This document shows, in pieces, positions 39,391 through 64,000 of a stretch of 64,000 nucleotides of DNA. A program made the translations under genes and the position numbers. Location of the stretch: contig CM035357.1 in NCBI GenBank assembly GCA_020137815.1, forward strand, positions 1,550,001-1,614,000, read 5' to 3'. Origin of the DNA: Hormiphora californensis. Its lineage: Eukaryota; Animalia; Ctenophora. The notes under the pieces were generated by a model. It did not search any database and had not been told where the DNA came from. It was given only the letters and a program-made list of their open reading frames with translations. The stretch's first letter is position 1; the number at the start of each line of letters is the position of its first letter.

Positions 39391-41064
39391 ATGCAGGCTA
39401 CTGCAGCGAGTATGACTTCTCTTCCGCTCCTTGGTTCTCCTACAGGTGAAGCAGTCGGATCCTCAGTCCTCGCCCAGGTTGTATAAGACAGTATCAATTG
39501 TTTAAGGGCTAAAGCCCTGGAGCTAAAATATTCATTTCTGGATCTCTAGATCCAAGAGCATATTCTATTAATCTGCAGTAAGCAGAGACAGTATATTTCA
39601 TCATCCGATTTAAATATGGTTTAACTAACAAAAATTACCCTCAGAAAATATCTTCTTGAAAAATATCTGGAAATCCTTGGTATAAAACTAACCGCTTTTG
39701 AAACGAGAGTTAGTGAGACGAAGTCCGCACCAAGTGATGCTAGTAGTCAAGACCTAACAGAACTCGTGTTGTTCTTTATAATATGGACAATGAAAAGCGG
39801 ACAATAAATGTATATTTGTATTTGTATTTGTATTTGTATTTGTATTTGCGCTGTGATTGGGGGGCGTGACTTGATTGTGCATGACTTGAACATTTCCGAG
39901 GGGCCTCATACTTGCAGCCCTGAGCCCTTAGACCCTACTCGCGGGCCTCGGACCCCTACACTGCAATTGGGGTTGCGCACTTTGGCCCTGCTTGTGGTGG
40001 GTTTCCCCCTGACTGTGGGGCGCCCGGCGCGGACCGCCCCTGGGGCCTGGTGCCGGACCCACAATGACACGCTGGGCCGGAGCCCATAGGCCCAGCTCCG
40101 TCCCTGGTTTATCAGTTTGATATGCGCTGTGGGTTCCTACTATGCCCCCCCCCCCTTTTTGGGTTACTCAGCCAAACGCTAAGCAAACCGCAATCCGCAT
40201 ACCGCCCGGGTATGGGTAACTACTAACTATGGCGCTAAACTCCCCCTTTTCATGCACGGATTTTTTGTGTGCCTATCACATCTTAACATGTGGTGCAAAC
40301 GTCTAAAAGTAACACGTACATTTAATCACGAGTTTGGGGCGACAACTTTTTTGGGTGCCTGAAAGCACCCTCTTTTTCTTTGCAAAAACCGCAATCCGCA
40401 TATCATCGCCTAGAATCGACCCTGTAACCAACCAACTGCGACCAACCGCATTTCATTACCACCCTGTAGCCACACGCAACTTATCCACAATGCCTATCAC
40501 GTTATCAACCACCCAATGTTGATGCTTTTATTCAGCGAGACAAAGAAGGTGTAACAACTCTTTAATATTGCCCATCCCTTATACGTCAAAGAACATAAAT
40601 CTTACTTTTTAACGTTCTATAATCGAATAAGAATTCCGCTGTGCCTCTGGACATTTGTAATTTTTCTAAACTAAAGACGTCACAACCGCTAAGCTGTCGA
40701 CGAGCAGTTGATAATCGCTGCAAAGAAACTAATAATAATCTTAATATAATCAAAGCTTTTTACTATGTGTTCACTACACTGTATAATATTTTGAGAACAC
40801 TATTAATATCTGTGACAATGATGTAGCATTAGTATGACGTACATGTGATTCTTCTATCCCTTTTGTCATTGTGTATTTTGCCATCGGCTCTGGGGAACAA
40901 ACAATCTCACTCTCTGTTATCATTGAAGCTTCTACAGCATCACTTCACTTCACCAGTCTCCATTACAAGTTGTGTGTTATCCAATATACTTCTGTGATAT
41001 ATCCCTAGATCTATTGTCCCTATACTGACCGTTACACTGTTTTTTAGTGCATCCTGAGTCCTCC

Positions 41065-58921
<17,857 letters not shown>

Positions 58922-59303
58922 TGTGTTATAATACTGGGCGACATGTTTAGGTGTCTTCTCCTTCGTGTGAACTACGAATTTTAACTTAGAAAGTGCGGCT
59001 ACACGCGGGACTGATAATAGAGACAATATCCAGGAAGATCAGATTATGTTATTGGTGCTTAGTTGGGAATCAAGAGTTGTACTCAAGTATATTAGTGGTG
59101 TTATTATATATCGTGATAGTACATAGTTTGTTTTTCCGATTCCCTGAGACAAAATTGACTGAGAAGTGAGAGCTTTAAAATTGTGCTACATGAGGGTTAC
59201 TTTGAGAGATTAACAAGAGGGAATCAAGGCAGAGAACACTTTTTGTTATTTTAAATCGATGACTTTATATCATAAGGCGAGCGAGATAGTACAATTTAGT
59301 GTA

Positions 59304-60499
59304 CAGGGTGTCCCACTGTCTTTGCGTGACCTGTTATTTTGGGCGATGAGTGGGTTCCATTCAAATTCTCATAACTCATCGAAAAATAGGTCAAAACGAC
59401 TCAACCAAAAACAGTGTTGTAGAGAATTGTCAGGCGAACATTTGGGTACAAGATTGATGTCCCAAGTCCTACCAATCGTCAGATATATCGTCTTAAAGTC
59501 AAAAATACGTGTTCATGAAATCCGACCGGGGTTCACGTTTTGAAAAATTCACAAATGCAAAGTTGCTCGGATCACATTGCATCCCTCATAAGAGTTGTAG
59601 GAAATTGTCTGGCGGTCATTTTGGTGCCCGGGTTTTGGTCCTAGCTCAATGTTTAGAGTGTCTTATGACTGTCAGAACTGGAATTTTCACAAAAGTGGTC
59701 TCAGGTATCGCATTGCATTTTGCCCTGTTATGAAGCTCATAGCTGCTTGAATAACATCTTAGTGCATGATAGGGTTGAGATAGACCACTTGCGTATCCTA
59801 CACATTAACAGGGGCCTTGCCAAATCGTCATAACAACCCTGTCAAGTGCCTAGATGAAATTGAGACGATGTGCTGATTATCATGGGATTACACACGACAC
59901 CGAGCCACCTAATTAGGGGTTGTGAGCCGATACCAACTAAGACTCAGCAGAGAAAAATCTTTATGTTCATACAGTCATAACGCAACTCAAACGTAGAGCT
60001 ATGGAAAAAATCATGGTATCAAAATGAACCTTAGACGATTCCAATGAAGCTCTTATAAATTTCAAACCATTTACCCATTTATTGATGACACGTGATCCCC
60101 TCAAAAATGTTGGTTGAATTTCGTCTTTAGACAGTCATAAGACACTCTAAACATTGAGCTAGGACCAAAACCCGGGTACCAAAATGACCGCCAGACAATT
60201 TCCTACAACTCTTATGAGGGATGCAATGTGATCCGAGCAACTTTGCATTTGTGAATTTTTCAAAACGTGAACCCCGGTCGGATTTCATGAACACGTATTT
60301 TTGACTTTAAGACGATATATCTGACGATTGGTAAGACTTGGAACATCAATCTTGTACCCAAATGTTCGCCTGACAATTCTCTACAACACTGTTTTTGGTT
60401 GAGTCGTTTTGACCTATTTTTCGATGAGTTATGAGTATTTGAATGGAACCCACTCATCACCCAAAATCACAGGTCACGCAAAGACAGTGGGACACCCTG
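59304..60499. mobile_element. Tc1/mariner-type MITE with ~370-bp TIRs and TA TSD
   Basis: TA-CAGGGTGTCCCACTGTC...GACAGTGGGACACCCTG-TA. Confidence 0.88.
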
Positions 60500-61147
60500 T
60501 ACAATGTACTTTTGAAAATGTACAATTGTACGCAAGTATTGTCCGTGTACAATGTACTATGTACATGCGTTTCCGTACATTCCAGAGAAAGAGTGAGAGA
60601 TGGTGGTGTGGTGTCTCTTTTTCTGTTAATGTACTATTTTTTATTTTTCCTTAGAGACTCTGAGTTTAATATTTGATCAGCATAGAAAGAGAAGATGGGG
60701 TATCTTTTTGCATAGATCGGCTCCAATTCTCTTTCTATTCTCTGTCTAAACTCTATATATCCCCACACCTCGCTCCCCTATCTCTCTCCCCTAGCTATCC
60801 CCACACCTCTATCCGGACCCCCCTCTCTCCTCGATTACTCAATATAACTCTCTCCCTGCCCCTCTCTCTCTCCTCGGTTACTCAATAACTCTCTCCCACC
60901 CACTCACAACAATTCGCACACAACTTGATGTGGAAAGTGTGTGTGTACGACTAGAAGAGGTCTCCTTTCTTGTAATGTGGCGTCAATAATAGTTCTCTGT
61001 ATAAATTATCGATCCCAGCTCGCCACCCATCATTTGATCAAACTTGTAAATTTTGGAAGGATTCCAATTATCTGTGCCGTCACAAGTTGTTACTCAACAA
61101 GTCACAAGTTAACTAAACACACACACTTGTGGTTAATATTCCTCAAC

Positions 61148-63866
61148 ATGTTCTTCGTTGACTTGACGGTGTTGGCTCTCAGTGGTTGTATCTTCTTTGT
61201 GTACCTGTACCTGTGTGTTGTGTACTACTGCCATAGGAACCAGTTCACTGCCTCTTCCATACTTCAGGTACCCCCCGGATTGGTGACATTGACACCTAGT
61301 GCGTGCGAGATCGAGCTCGCACATAGGTGTCCGCTCCGCCCCCTAAAAAAGGGTCGTGTCTTTCAAGCCAAATTGCACGTGATCTACTGGACCGATTTGC
61401 ATCCGGTTTGTCGCAAAAGACTACAAATTGGTCCTAGTTTACTGGAAAATACCCGAGAAGTTTGTTTGTCAACAGGAAGTGGGTCAAAATTGACACTAAA
61501 GTCAAATCTATAATCTGGCTTCCGAGCCTTTTTGCACCACTCCCAGACGGTGTAGAATGAATCTGAGGGTATCAGAAGATAGGTTGAACTCTTGTGAGTA
61601 CTGGAAAATACCCGGCATTAATAGCTGATGCTAACTGCATCAACATATCTCCCAATATCTTCTAAATCGCATGGGAGTGGTGCAAAAAGGCTCGGAAGCC
61701 AGATTATAGGTTTGACTTCAGTGTCAATTGTGACCCACTTCCTGTTGACAGACAAACTTCTCGGGTATTTTCCAGGATATTAGGATCATTTGTAGTCTTT
61801 TGCGACAAACCGGATGCAAATCGGTCCAGTGGATCGCGTGCAACATCCCTTGAAAGAAACGTCCCTTTTTTGAGGCGGAGCAGACACCTGTGTGTGAGCT
61901 CAATCTTGGTCGCGCACGGTGTCTATGTCACCAACCCCCCGGAGTTGCCTTGCTCGACCCCACCGTGCCCATGCCCTGAAACGAATCAACCCCGGCGCTG
62001 TATGGCGGCGCCATACCCCCATTTGCATTGATTCTCAGTGCGCTCAGATGGGGTCGGCGGCGCCAGACAACCCCGAAGCTGTATGGCGGCGCCATACCCC
62101 CATTTGATTTTCAGTGCGCTCAGATGGGGTCGGCGGCGCCAGACAACCACGAAGCTGTATGGCGGCGCCATACCCCATATTTGATTCTCAGTGCGCTCAG
62201 ATGGGGTCGGCGGTGCCAGACAACCCCGGAGAGTTTCTGTCAATCCGGAATTATCTGGCGGCGCCGAACCGATCTGATCAAAACGGGGTCGGCGCCGCCA
62301 GAGAGAACTCTTTCTCTCTCTCCCTGGGACCCTCTTTAACTAACTCACCATCCCGTCTCTCTTTGTCAGGCGAATCTGGTGATCTGTAATCTGATAACGG
62401 CGTACTACATGACAGGGGCTGCATTTGCTCAAGCGTTTCAGGAAACACCTGATCACACCTCAGGTACACTTCTCAAGACTTTCCATCTCTCTGTTAATTC
62501 ATAACGTCCAAGTGATATCACCATTTAATCCCGGCTCTCGCGATTTGTTACTCAATAACTCCGACCCCTTAGAACCAACCTCGAAAGGTCTGGCGAGTGA
62601 CGCCATTACGCATACGCTCACAGTCACATCTGTTTGGAAGCGCCGACCCTATTTGAGATTGAGAATTAGAACAGGCTCTGCCAGCGCCAGATCGGCTCAG
62701 ATCCGGTCGTCAAGTTAGTCTCTAAGTTAGTCTCTAACTCATTCCTCACCCCAAGGCTGGGACATGACTCTCTCCTCACTGAGTGTAACAAGCTGGGCTC
62801 TGGTGGTGGCGTTTGGTGGTGGCGCCGACCAGATCTGAGAATCAGATCCAGGGCCAGAACGGGCTCTGCCAGCGCCAGACCGGCTCAGATCAGGTCAAGT
62901 TAGTCTCTAAGTTAGTCTCTAACCGTAACTCCTCAGGTTGGGACATGACTCTCTCCTCACTGAGTGTAACTAGCTGGGCTCTGGTAGTGGCGTTCTGGTA
63001 TCAATCAAAAGAGGAGCAGGATGGAGACAAGTTAGATAAGAAAAGTGAGTAGATATCATTTTGTAAGTCCGATCCGCTATTGGCATTATAATTGGCCCAT
63101 CCTGCATCCAGGCCCATCTAACCAAGTCTTCCCTGGCCCCCAGTCCATTTCAGTCTGTATCTTCATCCCCGTCTAATTGTACCCCTCACCTCCTATTTTT
63201 GAGTATCTGATCTCCCCCATCTCCCCCTCCCTCCCTCCAGGTGATGTTAGTATAGTTACCAGCTACATCATTATCTGCATCCTATGGTCCTACTTTGCCC
63301 TCCTTGTCCTAGTCCACTGGCTAGGTGTCTACGGATGGACCTTTACTACCCACGAGAGTCACGGGTGGCTATTCTTCTTCCTAGTACCCTTCCTACTACC
63401 CTGGATTCTCCAAGCAGTCCTAATTTACCCGACCCTTGCTGCGACATACACCTCCCTGAACGCTGGGGATTTCAAATTGTTGGACACGAGCCAGCCACCC
63501 CCAACCATCCTCTCAACCCTATTCTTCTGTTCCTCCGCAGCAGCTATCTTTGCAGCTCTAACCACCCGGATCTTGTTCCCTAACGAGGAACTAACGTGTT
63601 TCCTGGATGAGGCCCTGTTATCTGTGGTGTGTATAACTTGGATGAATTGTTCCGTGTTCCCCCTACTAATGACGTGTTCCGAGAGCTGTGAGGTAGCCCC
63701 TACTAAGATGGAGGTTGATGCGGTTATTGATAGTGGAGTGAGGTATCTGAGAGGGGTTGTTAGGGAGAGGGCGGCCGTTGCTAGGGAGAGGGCGGCCGTT
63801 GCTAAGGAGAGGAAGGTTAGGGTGGAGAAGGATGTGGAGAAGGATCAGAATGAACCAGACGTTTAG
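61148..63866 (+). CDS. Divergent rhodopsin-like 7TM receptor; exons 61148-61267, 62370-62463, 62937-63044, 63241-63866
   Basis: In-phase GT-AG exons giving seven hydrophobic segments; NLVICNL (TM2-like), TM4 Trp, FLLP..IY (TM5), WMNCSVFP (TM7-like); charged C-tail. Confidence 0.6.
61290..61918. mobile_element. Diverged long-TIR MITE in GPCR intron 1
   Basis: 61300-61545 is an imperfect reverse complement of 61670-61915. Confidence 0.7.
61990..62300. repeat. GC-rich ~75-80-bp tandem repeat with internal hairpin GTATGGCGGCGCCATAC
   Basis: About 3.5 units by inspection. Confidence 0.8.
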
Positions 63867-64000
63867 ATTAACAATTATCATTGTTTGAGTGTCCAATTGG
63901 ATTTGTCTTGTGTTGTACTTGTTGCATGAAAGTGAAGCTTCGTTCAGTCAAAACTTGAACTCAGTATTTCAATTGTATTGTGGCAGGGTGGCGTAGTGGC

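Overview
This is eukaryotic (animal) genomic DNA. It has short GT-AG introns, (CT)n microsatellites, CCCTAA/TTAGGG tracts and dense MITE/foldback elements; a non-bilaterian such as a ctenophore is my guess, not a demonstrated assignment. Positions 1-21.4 kb hold a head-to-tail array of seven intronless DXO/Rai1/Dom3Z-family decapping-exonuclease genes. They are mosaic: divergent N-terminal nuclease cores, a nearly identical C-terminal block, swappable RG-rich tails, and two copies with substituted catalytic residues. Three copies sit behind decayed duplicates of the 5' end of the neighbouring Rab14 gene, and a 4.8 kb foldback palindrome is inserted in the array. Next come Rab14 (3' end lost in a corrupt homopolymer tract at about 24.7-26.4 kb), a 120-aa PHD-less INTS12-like gene, the mitochondrial phosphate carrier SLC25A3 (minus strand) and a secreted DUF2237-like gene (minus strand). 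These are followed by a near-intact CR1/L2-type LINE with a candidate -1 frameshift site, an SR-protein kinase (SRPK) with several candidate alternative first exons, and a divergent 7TM GPCR-like gene. All calls were made by eye from motifs; no searches were run.
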